Below, piece by piece: positions 46,820-60,532 of a DNA stretch of 64,000 nt. Where the stretch lies: the NCBI RefSeq assembly GCF_009914755.1, contig NC_060930.1. One strand, 5' to 3'. This stretch comes from the human T2T-CHM13v2.0 reference genome, Homo sapiens. A program made the translations under genes and the position numbers. The notes below the pieces were generated by a model. That model was not told the origin of the DNA, searched no databases, and saw nothing but the letters and a program-made list of their open reading frames with translations. Within the stretch, counting starts at the first letter, position 1; each line of letters begins with the position of its first letter.

Positions 46820-49060
46820 GGTCAGCCCAAGGGCGAGATGCGCCTCGGGGTCGGAGTCGCCCGAGTGGAGACTGGACACTCCATGGGGGAGGCTGGAACC
46901 CCCTGTGCCACAGATAAATGCTCGTTCTCCACCACATGTGAGGCATTTGAATAGGAGCAAGTCTCCCGGGTTGGGAATACTAGGAAGTGCTGGGGGACAG
47001 GCAAGGTCACGGCATCCAGGCTGCAATGCAAATGCCTAGGTAGTGCGCACGGCAGCGGTAATCCAGAATCCTGCCCAAAGAGGGTCCCGCAATCACCGCC
47101 CACTTCCAGGCGGGCTTGGGGAGCCGAGGGACTTCGCCTGCTTGGGTCAGAGCCCAGGAGGTGGCGTGGTGGTGGTGGTGGACGGGCCTGAGCGTCTCAG
47201 CCCTGACGGTCTAGGCCAGGTTTGTCCGCGGGGCCAAGACTCAAAGGCCGAGGTCTGTGCCTCCAGCTGTCCCACCAGCCAGCCAGTGTACTAGGCGCAA
47301 ACAACCAAAGCCCACTCGCCTGCGAAGCCAGGATGGGACATTCATCTCCAAAAGCCTTTTCTTCCTCTTCTTCTGTTTCTTCCCATTTATGTCCCTCTGG
47401 CTGCAAACCAAGAGAGGCGCCCAAATATGAAAGTCAAGTCGAATTGAAAGCGTATGGCTTGTGCGCTCCCAACGCCCTCCCCTGTTTTTAAAATTGTGTT
47501 TCAAAACAACATGGTGACTTTTGGACAAGATTTTTCTATTTCGCCCACACCACAATAGAGATGCAATGAATGCTGCTGGTGAAATGTTTGGCTGTGTCAA
47601 ATTCAGTCCCGCAGGCTGGCTTGGGCCAGCACTGGGGCTCCGCTTTGTGTTATGTTCACGGAGAAGATATTAATTAAAAGAAATACATGATTAAAAAGTA
47701 ATGAGTTGAATAAAAATTATCTCAGCTCATTTTCTGATTATGTTAATTGTTAAAAACCCTTCAATCACGCCGTTGCAGTCAATGGGCTTTAATGTGAAAT
47801 TAGTGGGCTCTTGATAACTTACAGTCCAGAATAATCCTGGCGGTTTAGTCATCATTCCTAATAACAAGGATGTTGCTAAGAACAGAAATTTTACATGATT
47901 TTCATACATTCAGCCCTTCCCCCCACGTGTCATTAAAAAAAAAAAAAAGGCTTAGCCTGCCTGCGATTTCCAACTTCTCTTTCCACGGATCGACCGCGGC
48001 CTTGGCAAGGACTTGAGTCTGCGTTCCAGCCCCTTCCGCTCCCAGCGCGCACGCAGCCTCTCGCCTTTGCGTCGGCGGGTTGCTGGTTGCCGGTACCCGC
48101 TCAGCAGCTAGGAGCCTTGGGGAACCCTAGCTCTTAGCTTCCCCGTCTGGCGAGGCCAGAGGGCCAAGTTGCTCACTGGGCTGTGCTGAGGGATAAGGGG
48201 AGAAAAGAACGGAAATCGCAGCTACGAGGGCTAGAGGGACGGCGCGGCTGCTTGAGGACGGGTCGCCTAGCGGTGGGCGAGTAGGGCTGTGCGTAAAAGG
48301 ATCTAGACAGACAGTCGTGCGCCCGCAGGGTTGCAGGACAGGGGCAGGCCGAGTTGTGGCGCGTGTGTGTTTGTGTGTGCTCGCCTCCGGGTTGCGCGCT
48401 TTCAGGGCTTTGGATGCCGGGGATTTTGAGGACCCATTCAAAGCTCCGAGGGGGCGGAGGCTCAAGCAAGCCAGGGAAAAGGTCCCCTAAGCCTCAGAGC
48501 CTGGGCTGCGCCCCAGACAAAGTGCCTAATGCAGAGTAGGCTCTTAATAGGTTTGCATTGGATCTAAACGAAAGCTAGTGAAATTCGTACATGATTCTAA
48601 TGAGAGATGACGGCCAGGTGTTCTCAGCAGCCCCTGGCCCTCACGGGGCGACCTGAAAGTTCCCACTCTACCCGAGACGAAACTCAGAGCCGAGGTGGGG
48701 GCGAAGGCCGGGTAATGCACTGATCGAGGGTGAGGAGGGATGTTTCATAGCCTTTTCCGACATACCTCACGACAAAACACCTTTCACTCTCTATGAGCAA
48801 AGGAAAGAAGAAATGTCCCACACCCTCTATTTTGACTTCTTGGGAAACACAATGCCTCTCAAATTGGGCCTGCGAGAAAGGTGTGACCCGGGAGGGTTGT
48901 GGGGTCCCGGGACCTTGGCCGGGTGTCGGTGACGGGACTGCCTGAGGCCAGAAGATAGGTTCTAGGTCTCAGTCCACCTGGTGCTGGACGTCGAGGAACC
49001 CAAAACTGTCCACTGGAGGCGCCCTGACGCTTTGGTCAACGAGGGCTGCTTCTGCACACT
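46820..49060. promoter_or_regulatory. CpG-rich blocks (46820-47480, 47985-49060) flanking an AT-rich candidate enhancer (47480-47935)
   Basis: High CpG density, no TE, no coding homology; the central block is rich in TAAT motifs. Confidence 0.7.
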
Positions 49061-49196
49061 CGAAGGGACTCAAGCACCATTTTTCACCCAAGAGAACTAT
49101 GTGAGGGAAATTGCATTTCCCAAGGTCGGTCTGAAATTACACATACACACACGAAAGCCTATAGATACTGGTATGCAGAAAGGGGTGGGGTGGAAG

Positions 49197-49198
<2 letters not shown>

Positions 49199-49264
<66 letters not shown>

Positions 49265-49282
49265 CAGAGAAAGAGAGAGAGA
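49199..49282. repeat. Compound (GT)n(GA)n microsatellite
   Basis: Seen directly. Confidence 0.95.
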
Positions 49283-49539
49283 GTTATTCCCAGAACATGA
49301 GGCTCTGTGTCTCAAAGTGCCTTTTTCGAGGCTTCCACCTTTAAGACTACCTGGATGGGGTGGGGGCCTGGTGTTTTAAAAATTGTCTTTCTATTTCTCT
49401 GGCCCCTTTACAAGAGCAAATTTCTTTTAAACACTTTTAAATATCTTTATTTTCCACCTTTTCAAGCCCCAACAGTAAGGAGTCTTCCCTTGGGATTGGG
49501 GGGCAATGGAGTCAGGGGCTGGCTGGGAGGAGTCCCAAG

Positions 49540-49960
49540 GCTAATTCTTCTTGTTCGCCTATTTGCATCCGCTGTTAGGCTGAGGATCATTTTAATAAAT
49601 AACAATGAACAGGAATGGCATCTAGAGGGCTTGTCGGCAACATTTAAAAGCCAATAGAGTTTATAATTCTACTCTATCATTTCTTATTGATTAGAGTAAT
49701 CAAGATAAAAAGCTAGCCGGGCTCGGAGAACTTCAGCAGCATATCATTAAAGATAAGAGTCAGTTAATTCTGGAGCTGGGGTAATGTGGCTGAAATGAAG
49801 AGTTCATTTGCATGAGATGCTGAGCCCAGTAACAAGGGGACAAAAATCACTAATTAGGATTGCAGAGTGTCGGCCTCTCGGCAAGCACCGTTTCCAGACT
49901 GCGGACCAAGCGGAGATTCGCATTAATGTAAATCTGGGGAGCACTAAAAGCTCTCACTGG
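49540..49960. promoter_or_regulatory. Candidate neural enhancer (POU/SOX/homeodomain cluster)
   Basis: ATTTGCAT at 49561 and 49806, AACAATG at 49601, CTAATTAG at 49850, CATTAATG at 49921. Confidence 0.6.
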
Positions 49961-52900
49961 CTTTGTAGAAGGCGACAATCACTCCCGCCCTCTACGACGT
50001 CCTCCCTGGCCCGGGCAGCCCAACTGGGGCGGGGACGGGGGTTACTCGGGTCGGATCCCCTTTTCTTCCCTATCTATCCTACCTCCACTCCCGCGGCCAC
50101 GCGAAGGCGTCTCACCCACCCCCTTAGGGGCACGTGGGCGAGTGTCTGGTGGCCGGGTGAGTGGAACCCGCCGCCCAGTCCTTGCAGCGGGCTCTGGTCT
50201 AGTGGGTGAGGATCCCTGGGGAGGTCCCAACTCCGGTGCAGCGTCCGCGGGGTGAAGGGCGCGAGTGCATTCAGGCCCCAAGGGAAACTCGGGGACATCT
50301 GCACAGACAAGAATCCCCAAGGAGGCCCAGGTCCCACGGCCAAAGTCCTCGACCCCCACCAGGCTGTCTCCCTCTAGTCCTCCCCACTCCTGACCTGCCA
50401 TTCGGGACGGAGCCAGTCCGCGGGCACCCAAGGGCGCAAGCTGGTACAAAAAGCACGCGCAGGGGTGTGCCTGGGTGCGCAGGAGTATGTGTGTGTGTGT
50501 GTGTGTTTGTGTATGCGTGTGCAGGTGAGTCCAGCTGTCGTGTAAATGTGACTCTACATAAGCTTGTTGCTGTGTAAATGTGTTTTTTCTTGGTATAGGC
50601 ACAAACGTGTGAACGTTGGTCTAAATGGTATGTAGTGTGTGTAATAGTACACATGTGATGTGTGAGCGGTGTGTGATGTGCGTGTGGTGCGAAGAGGGGA
50701 GGTGACAGGCCAGAGAGGTTTCCCCAAAGGGAGAGGCACGGAGGGCTTCCGGAGTGAGGGTGCCTGGGGGTGAGGCGGGAGCTGGGCACTGCCCCACCCA
50801 GCCCGGTGCCTCGAGAGGCTGAGGCGCGAGGCGGGAGCCCGGCCGCGCGGGGCAGCGGCGTCTCCTGGGCCGGGTGAGGTCGGACAAGGGGAAGAAGGAA
50901 CCGCCTCCGCGCCTCCCGCGGCCCTGCCCCACCGCCCCGAGGCCGGCCGGTGGAGGCTCTCTCCACCCATCCCCTGGAAAATGAAAGTACCCCAGAAGCA
51001 CAAGTTGGCCTGCAGAGCGCGAGAGCGCGGAAAGGCCGCTGACAGCAAGGACCGCGCGTGCACCTTGCGGCCCCGGACCCTTCTCAGCCCGAGGAGTTTG
51101 GGCTTCAGGCCCTCCCAGACACGGTGCAAGGAGAGGCTCGGGCTGCCGCCCCCGAGTCCATGAGCGCCGGAGCAGTTCCCGCCCTCGAAGTTCCTCTCCG
51201 GGAGAGAGGGAGAGAGCGAGGGAGAGAATGAGACAGGGAGGGAGGGAGAGAGGGGCGCGCGGCTTCTGAGGCGACCCCTCCCGGAGATGCTGCGGCCGCG
51301 CCGGGAATCCGCCCAGCGACCTGCTCTGCCCGGCCTTCTTAGAAATAACTTTGGCCCTCACTTGGCTGTAGCAGAAAGGAATCGAGGCCCCCGTCCATAA
51401 TCGCAGGTGTCGGCGTGGAAAGGAGCCACGCGTGCACACTCATGGGTCTCACCGCGCGGGCTTCCGCGGCCCGGCAAGCCGCTGCGCCTGCCTCGCCGGC
51501 GGCCCACGGAGCCCGTCCGCGCTTGCCCTGCACACCTGCGCCCGCGCGAGGACCCAGCCGCCGAGGCCGTGCGCCCGCCGGGCTGCGGGGGCCGTGGGCA
51601 GGGGGCGCAGGGGGCGCAGGGGGCGGCCGGCGCGGCGGCTGAACCCGGGCTGACGAGGCCCAGCCGCCTGCGGGGCCCGGAGCGGGAGGTACCGGCTAGG
51701 GGCGCGTTTCTTTCGCATCCACACCCCGCCCCCACCCCTCTCTCCAGGGATTTCTTTTTTTTTTTTTTTTTGTATCCAGGCACAGCTGGGGGCTCCCTCA
51801 CCACCCACCCCTGGCCTCCCCATACAGAATAAAGTCAGTCTGTATTTAATGGTTATGGCGGATGTGAGGGGGATTTGGCAGAGGCAGAAGAGAGGCCTTT
51901 CGCTCTCAAATATCGTCCCTTACGTCGTGTGAGTCTACCAACCCACCACGACCTCATATTCTTGTGCGGGTGTCTGACTCGAATGACAAGCGAGCTGATT
52001 TTTTCAGTACATAGCTGGGAAATGTAGTGAGTGATAATAGAGATTTCTCTTTCATTTTTTACGCTTGACTTGGTTATTGTTGCTTTTCTTTTCCCGTGAT
52101 TCCTTCTGAGGATTAGCTCTGACTTCCCCACTATTGGCGGTCAAAGTGGCCCCGACTCGGGATGACAATTGACGGGGATCAAGGGATTGCCCATTCTGTG
52201 CCTGTAAGAACCGATTCGTGCCAGAGAAACTCATCAAGTGGAGGCGGAGAATAAAGACCGTTCGGGGGTAAATGTATTCATTGAGAAGGGTTCTCCCAAA
52301 TTGCTTCTAAGTTTTTTTAATGAAAAGTAACGATTGCGGCAATCAGCGGCTTTTTGGCGGATTACAAATCTGGAGGGAGCTGCGGCGCTGCATTGAAAAG
52401 TGCCCCCGCCTTCGCACCGGGCAGCCGGTTCACAGGAGCAGCGCGAGGGGCGGGGGTCCGATAGCGGGACAAAGGCGGGGAGGGGGCGAGCGGAGGAGGG
52501 CGGCTCGGGGCGCCCGGGCGCGCATCGGGCAGGAGACGCGGAGGTGCCCACCCCAGCGCAGGCGTGGCAGGGCGCCCCCCACCGAGGAAGGCGTGGGGCA
52601 GGGTGCAGGAAGGGGACCGAGGGAGGTCTACCGCAGCACCACCAGCACTGGGGAGATTCCGGGCATCTGGAGCGAGGAAGGTGTGCTATAGGGGTTGAGT
52701 CCATCACCGTGGAAGTCCGGGGAATGGGAGGTGCGACTCGGTCCCCCACCTCTACCCCGGGCACGGTGGTGTCTTCTTTTAAAGACGTCTCACTTCGCAA
52801 TTGGAATCGAAGCGTGGGCCGGTGTCGGGTCTTCCTGGTGTTACAGGCAGGAGGAGGGAAAACTGAGTCCTTCCTGGGATGGGGCAGGACCCTCACACGC

Positions 52901-53200
52901 AAGACCCCACTGAGCTGGACTGGCGCGGGGGCGGATCCCTTCTCCCAAATGCTTCTGAATGGCGCGCGACCTGGTCCCCTCTGCCACACGGACCCTGCGC
53001 GCACGCCCTGGCCCTGGCGGCCTCTGGGGACACGTTCTCCAGGCCCGCACGGCGCCCCGGCCTAGGCCGCAACGCCCCCCGCCCAGAGGAGTTGCCTCAG
53101 AAGATGGGCAGGGGACACACTAGAGGGCAGGGAAAAATCGCTGTTCCCACAGAGGCCGAAATCAGCAGCAGCAGCCTCAGGCAGCGGCATTCAGCCTGAC
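49960..53200. promoter_or_regulatory. Large orphan CpG island with an AT-richer core at ~51820-52400
   Basis: Very high GC and CpG content; ORFs here are low-complexity GC artefacts. Confidence 0.85.
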
Positions 53201-53399
53201 TTTTTATACGTTTATTTTTAAAAGTGTATCTTAGCAGGGGGGTGGGAGGTATGTTTCTTTGCTGGGACTTCTTTAAGGCTCTCTGAAGTAAATAGGGGTG
53301 GGGGGGGGGCGCAGAGAGACAAGGGTGGAGAAGAGGAGAAGAAAAAGAAAGACTCTCCCTCTCCTTCCCCCCTCCTCAAGTTTAAGAATAAATCCAGCA

Positions 53400-53810
53400 G
53401 GCAAGTCCGCAGCCCTGAAGGTTTAACTTTTTTTCTTTGCAGCTTGTCAATGCGACCATTGCTTTGATGGGAGGCTCCTCAAGGTGACACATTTCTGAAC
53501 TTCACCCTCTTTTCAAACTAACTCCCTACCTCCTTGTTAGTGGCCAGCTCTGAACTTCTGCAGAGTGTTTTTGTGTGAGTCAAGGCTCATTCACGGGCGC
53601 CTTTGTGGGCCTCTCCTCCTTTCAGGCCTCAGCGTGTTACACCAATTAAAGGGCGACGTGCTGTAAATGTAATGGGCCGCGCAGCGATTGTTTCTGACAA
53701 GCAACAAAACACATAGATCCACCCCTTAGATTAGGCCGTTGAAGGGGAGGTTGAGGCCGGTCAGTTTACTGAATAGTTTGTGAACTGTAATTCTGAGGGC
53801 TCATGTGAAA
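53400..53810. promoter_or_regulatory. Candidate enhancer block
   Basis: TCF/LEF CTTTGAT at 53462, CAATTA, TGACA motifs, unique non-TE sequence. Confidence 0.45.
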
Positions 53811-54779
53811 AAAAAAAAAAAAGTCTCTTCCCACCTCCCTCGCCTTGCTCCTCCTTCCCAAAAGCTAAAAAAAAAAAAAAAAAAAAGAAAAAGAAAAAAA
53901 CAAGTGACATCCATGGGGCAGAATGGGGTCACTAGAGAAAAAAACCTATGTGAGGGGCTTGGTCTGTTACTTGGACAGTCCTGAGAGCCCCTTCAGCTCT
54001 TTGCCCTCCCCGCTTACTCTTTGAAAACGTCCAGCCTGGCCCTCAGTTTTACTGGCCACAGCAGCCTTCTCCTCTGATGGCAGGCCTGACCCCCCCGCAA
54101 GAGGACTTGAGATCAGGGCAGGAATGAGAGAAAGTCGGGTTGTCTTGGAGAATTCTGCTGGGGTTTGACCTGGTCCTGGTGGGACACTGATGAGTCACAG
54201 GCTGTGGATACCCCCACCCATTCCTCCCCTGGAAGGAACTTCACCTTCTGTCTCTCCCTCCAGCCCCCAGTTCTTTCCGCAGCCCCGGGTGCTGCAGAGG
54301 CCTGGGCTGTCTCTAGCCTCCTGAGATTTCCTCCTCTTTTCCAGCACCTGGCATCCATCCTGGTTCCTGCAACTCTGTCATCACCTGACTGTTAAGGAGC
54401 ACGATTCACCTGGAAAGGAAAGGGTTAGAGATAATCTGCTCCATCATCCTCACAAATCCTGGGGCCCAGAGAAGTGACTGGACCAAGATCACCAAGCCAG
54501 GCACTGAGCTGCAACTGGAATTCAGCTCTCTCACCTGCCAGGCCATCCCATCCCACATATCACCACCTTCCCACACCTCACTGTCTGACCCCTGAACTTG
54601 CCCAAAGGACCTCAACCCCGCCCCCGCCCCAACTCAAGGATGGCTGACCTTTCAGCCCCCATCATCTTTGTCCTCAGGCGATTCTAGCTTCTGAGGCTTC
54701 ACGCAGGTGTTCCTCCCCCAACTCCCCCAGCTCCTTTCCTTCCAGCTTCTGCCCATCTCTAGCCTTCTCAGCCCAGCTC

Positions 54780-55300
54780 CGTTCAACAAATAGTTATTGA
54801 CTGTCAGTTACGTACAGCGGGTGTTTTGCCTTTTCTATGAAACTTCCCCAGCTACTCTTCCTCAGTATGCTCCTCCCCACTCAGACTCCTCTACCTCGCT
54901 TGTCCATCACTTTCTGTTTGGAAACCTATGCATTATTCAAGCCCCTGCTCACATAACACTTCTGTAAAGCCATGCCAGGGTGGAAAGACCCCGAGGGAGG
55001 AAAGTGAGCCTGATGGAGGAACTGAACGAAGTCCCGTGTGGCTGGAGCAGAATGAGGCTCGGGAGAGGCGCAAAGGTCAGGTCTCAAACAGCCTTGTGGG
55101 CCACACAGGGATTTTGAATTTCACCCTGGAAGCAATGGGAAGCTATTGAACAGGTTTGAGCAGTGAGGTCCCCCTTGTCTTGACTGAACTTTTGGAGAAT
55201 AGAAACTACATGCTTTTCATCTTTGTGTTCCTCTACTCCTACCAATGTCTGGCACGCGATGCCCAAGAAACATTTGCTGAACCAATGAACCCATAACTCA
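54780..55300. mobile_element. L2 fragments in both orientations
   Basis: TTCAACAAATAGTTATTGA; GCTGGAGCAGAATGAG..GCCTTGTGGGCCAC; TCTGGCACG..AAGAAACATTTGCTGAACCAATGAA. Confidence 0.6.
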
Positions 55301-55446
55301 TTAAGCACATACTACCCAGCCCTTCCTTAGCTCTTCATGGTGGCTAACCAGGTTGTAAGTAACCAAGATGGCAGAAACCAAGTTATGGTGTCTCTGAATT
55401 CTCAACAGTACCTGATTGATACTGAATTCATGCTAGGAATACAGTA

Positions 55447-56083
<637 letters not shown>

Positions 56084-56124
56084 TCCTCTCCTGTCCATTG
56101 ATTAAAGGTGTGCAAGGGGAAGAA

Positions 56125-56340
56125 TTCAAAGTCAGGAGGCCAGATTCTGATGACACTTCTTGTCCTTGCCAGTAACTGATGGCCTCACCTTGGGAACACA
56201 CTGCCTAACTACTCTGAAGCCTTGGCTTCTTCATTAATAAAATGGGGACAATGCCCCTTAATTCATGGATTGTGAGAACTAAATAGCATTCGTATGTGAA
56301 TGACTTGATTTTGAAGGAATACATTAATGAATGAAAATCA
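56125..56340 (+). mobile_element. MIR fragment
   Basis: CTCTGAAGCCTTGGCTTCTTCATTAATAAAATGGGGACAATG..GGATTGTGAGAACTAAAT. Confidence 0.65.
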
Positions 56341-56449
56341 GTGCATGTCCTGGAGCCAAGGTAAGACCAGTGATGACAGCGCCACTTTAAAATGACAAAA
56401 GACAGTTCTGGAGCAAGTGGGATCCTTGGAGAACTGCTCTGTCTCTCAT

Positions 56450-56853
56450 AGCAGGCTTCCCCTCTTTTGCAGTTGGCCCAGGACCCAGCTGGTCCCACAT
56501 CTTCCCCCAGGGCGTGCCACCCCGGCTGACACCCTTCACACTTGGCTGCCTACACTCCTGCTCTAAGAAGCCTGTTTCAAAGAAGCCCACATTCCCTTGT
56601 TGCACGTAGAAGGCTGCAGTTGGAGACGGGACAACTAGGTTCTGGGAAGCCATGGCAGAAATCACGCAGACTCTGATTCCCGCCGAGAACCAGCCTAAAG
56701 AACCACTCATGGCAAGACGGGGGCCCACCGGCCTGCTGGCTCCTCACCAAACTCTACTCCGCATTGACTGTGGGCTCTTGTTCTAGAGGCACCCGCATCC
56801 TCAGGATGAAATGTGAGTACAAGAGCAGAGACTGCCGGTGCTGGTGTTTGCAG
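56450..56853 (+). ncRNA. Possible first exon of a plus-strand lncRNA (OSTM1-AS1 is recalled to start near here)
   Basis: Unique CpG-retaining sequence ending in donor CAG|GTATGT at 56853, followed by (TG)n. The identity rests on recollection, not on the sequence. Confidence 0.3.
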
Positions 56854-58938
56854 GTATGTGTGTGTGTGTGTGTGTGCACGTGCGTGTCCACAGCAATTAG
56901 CCTCTGATACACATAGTGGGAGAAAAGAATCCCCAAAGAGGAAATAAACAAGTCTTTTTGTTTAAGTTTCTACATCCGAATCAAATTCTTCTTTAAAAAC
57001 TATCTCTACATTTCCACTCAAGGACAGAAAGGAGAGAGACACAGGCTTCTTACCCTTGTAGCGCCTTCATCTGAAGAGATTTTTAAGCTCAAAGAGCAGA
57101 TGTAGAAGCTAATGTTTGTAAAACCTGATGAACTGTCAGCGAGCCACCACCCTGCCAGGGAGAGCTCCGGGAGCACAAGGGGGGTGCCTGCCTGGGGTGG
57201 GGATTGTCTGGCAAGCCTGTCCTCCCTGTGGAGCTGGTTTCCTGTCCCCGGGCTGAGCAGATGCCCAGCCAGAGGCCTGAGGTCTCAGAGGCTATCATGG
57301 GAATGAGTGCGTCCTTAGAAACCTTTCACTCCAACCTGATGTAGGTAGTGCTAAATCCTTTCCTGAGCCCCACACAACAAAAGCTAGGGATTCGAGCTCA
57401 TGCTTCACGGATCCCTTAGCCACTAGGAATGCATGTTGCTTCAGCTCAGTGGCAGCTAGTGCAATCCTAAGTGATTTCAGTCAAGGGTTCTAGACTTTTT
57501 GTTCATGTTTTCTCTCACTCAATTGCTCCCAGAGACTATCTCTTTCTCAGCAAATGGGGTCACTCATTTTCATAGTAAACTTTGGTGATTGGGGTGCAGA
57601 GAGGTGGAGGGGGGAGTTGATAAGTAGATGGGGGAGTACAAACAAGGTCTGGAGGAATTTCTCAGGGGTGGGGGGAAAACAGTAGCTGTAGAAGAAAGGA
57701 CTGAGAGCCTCAGAGATCTCTGGCCAATCCCTGGAGAAGTGGATCCCAACATGGCCTGCAGACTAAACCGTGGGCCCTGTGAGAGCTAAGCCACACTCGT
57801 GTGTTGCCACCGGATGAAAGGTGGAGGAGGCAGAAACCTAAACAAGTGAATTCAATTACATCTGAAAAAGATTAGGCTAAATTAGGATTCATTCCTTGGG
57901 CCAGTTCCAGGAAATATTTGTGAAAAGTTGGTTGAAAGAATACTACCATCTAAACCCTAATTTTGCTATTACGTAAAAGCCCCGATTCCTTTGCAGTAAA
58001 ACATTAGAAAATGTTTTCCTCATTTTGTTTTTGCTACTGGTGTGTGACCTCTTAATTTAATTTTGGTTTTTGCTCATATAAATCAATGGCCGTGGAAACT
58101 TTTTCCTGTGGTGCAGCAAAGACAGGGGAAAAGTAGAACATCAGTAATTATATTTTAGGCACTTAATTTATTTAATGAGCAGTTATCAAGCACCCTTAAT
58201 GGTTCCAGCCATAAACTATAGGATATCATCCTTTACGTTAGAGGATATCAGCCTGCTTCAGAGAACCTTCATGTGTGTCTCCGAGATGCAGAAAGAAGGA
58301 GCGTGTTCTTAGGTGAGACATTAGTGGACTGAGGTTAGAATTCATCAGCCTGATGCCCTGATAATTTCCTGCTGCCTTCTGCCTCTGCTGTGCCCGCAGT
58401 TGGAGCCCAATCAGTGATGCCACTGCCCAATTTGCCCAAATAGCCAGCCAGTGGGAATAAAGACCCAAACATCTCATATTTTTAAAATTAATTTTTTACC
58501 TTTCTGTCACCTGCCTGAACTGGTAAAGAAAATGTTTCTCAGGTTTCTTCAATTCCTCTTCTCAAGGAGAGCTGTTAACCCTTTGAGGGAACTCACATAT
58601 CTATGGGATATGTTATACATTTGGAATGTTTTACACTTGGGAACAAAAACTAAATTAGGCAGATAGCTCAGATTTAGAATACAGTACATGCATTTTTTGG
58701 TCATGTGCCATTTCATGGTGGATGGAATTCATGGCTGCAGCTTACAGTTATATAGGTTCCACACTGCACTGTGCTGGAGGGAAACATTCACACAGACTAT
58801 GGGTGGACAGAATTGTGTCTTCTGCTCATGGGGGTAGGAGGTGAGGACGGAGGGGTCACTCCCATCCTTTATTTCAGCAACTTAAGAAAACTGTGATAGA
58901 TGTTGAAAGTAGTGTACTTATTTGGGATGAAATAACAA

Positions 58939-59785
<847 letters not shown>

Positions 59786-60124
59786 GTCAGATTGAAGTTA
59801 AACCAAGACATGACATTTGGATACTGTTAGAAAAAAAAAAAAAAAAAAAGCAGGATCACTGAGAATATTCTAGCCTCAGTGACAAAAGAAGAAAAAACAA
59901 GCTTTCCAACTCCCAGCCAGGAACAGTGATCTGAAAATCTTGATGTGGGGTTTGTGTTCAGTCCCCAGCCCTTTTTTGGACTGCCAGACCCTCGTGTTTG
60001 TCCTGCTTTCCCCACTTCTTTCTAGTCCTGGTCAGAAGTGATGTTGGAAGGGACTGAGAAAACCCATGAGGGAGAGGTGAAGCATCTCCCCAGTGCCTTT
60101 TTAATGTATGAGGGTGCTTCAATT

Positions 60125-60210
60125 ACCAGATTGTCAGCTCCATGAGGGCAGGGACCATGTTTGTTCCTGTTCAACAACATACTCCTTGGTAAATATTTGT
60201 TGAATAAGTT
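60125..60210 (+). mobile_element. L2 3' end
   Basis: AGCTCCATGAGGGCAGGGACC..AAATATTTGTTGAATA. Confidence 0.7.
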
Positions 60211-60233
60211 AAAAAAGTAGAATACATTATTAA

Positions 60234-60281
60234 TGACTGTATTGTATAGTAGCAGCTTGACTGTATTGTATAGTAGCAGCT
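60234..60281 (+). repeat. Perfect 24-bp tandem duplication
   Basis: TGACTGTATTGTATAGTAGCAGCT twice. Confidence 0.95.
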
Positions 60282-60532
60282 CAGTTAAACCTGAACTCAA
60301 TGAACTGAACGCTCAATTTACTTTTTTTTTTTCTACATCTCACTTTGTGAAAGAAAGTGCTAACAGGACAAGCTCATATGAGGAATTTAGTATCAAGAAA
60401 ACTAATCACAGTTTTTCAAAGTATGATCTGGGATTTGTACAGATTCAGCCCAATTTCCTAAACCTTGTGCATGGAGCTCATTAGCACTGCAGAAATCATT
60501 CAACAAACATTTATAGAGCAAGTCCTATGTAC

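Noticed and set aside
50042-53199. Many 100-270 aa ORFs in the CpG island
   Set aside because: Stop codons are scarce in GC-rich DNA; the ORFs overlap in all frames, are Arg/Pro/Gly/Ala-rich, and show no nuclear-receptor or other homology. NR2E1 coding sequence is not in this window.
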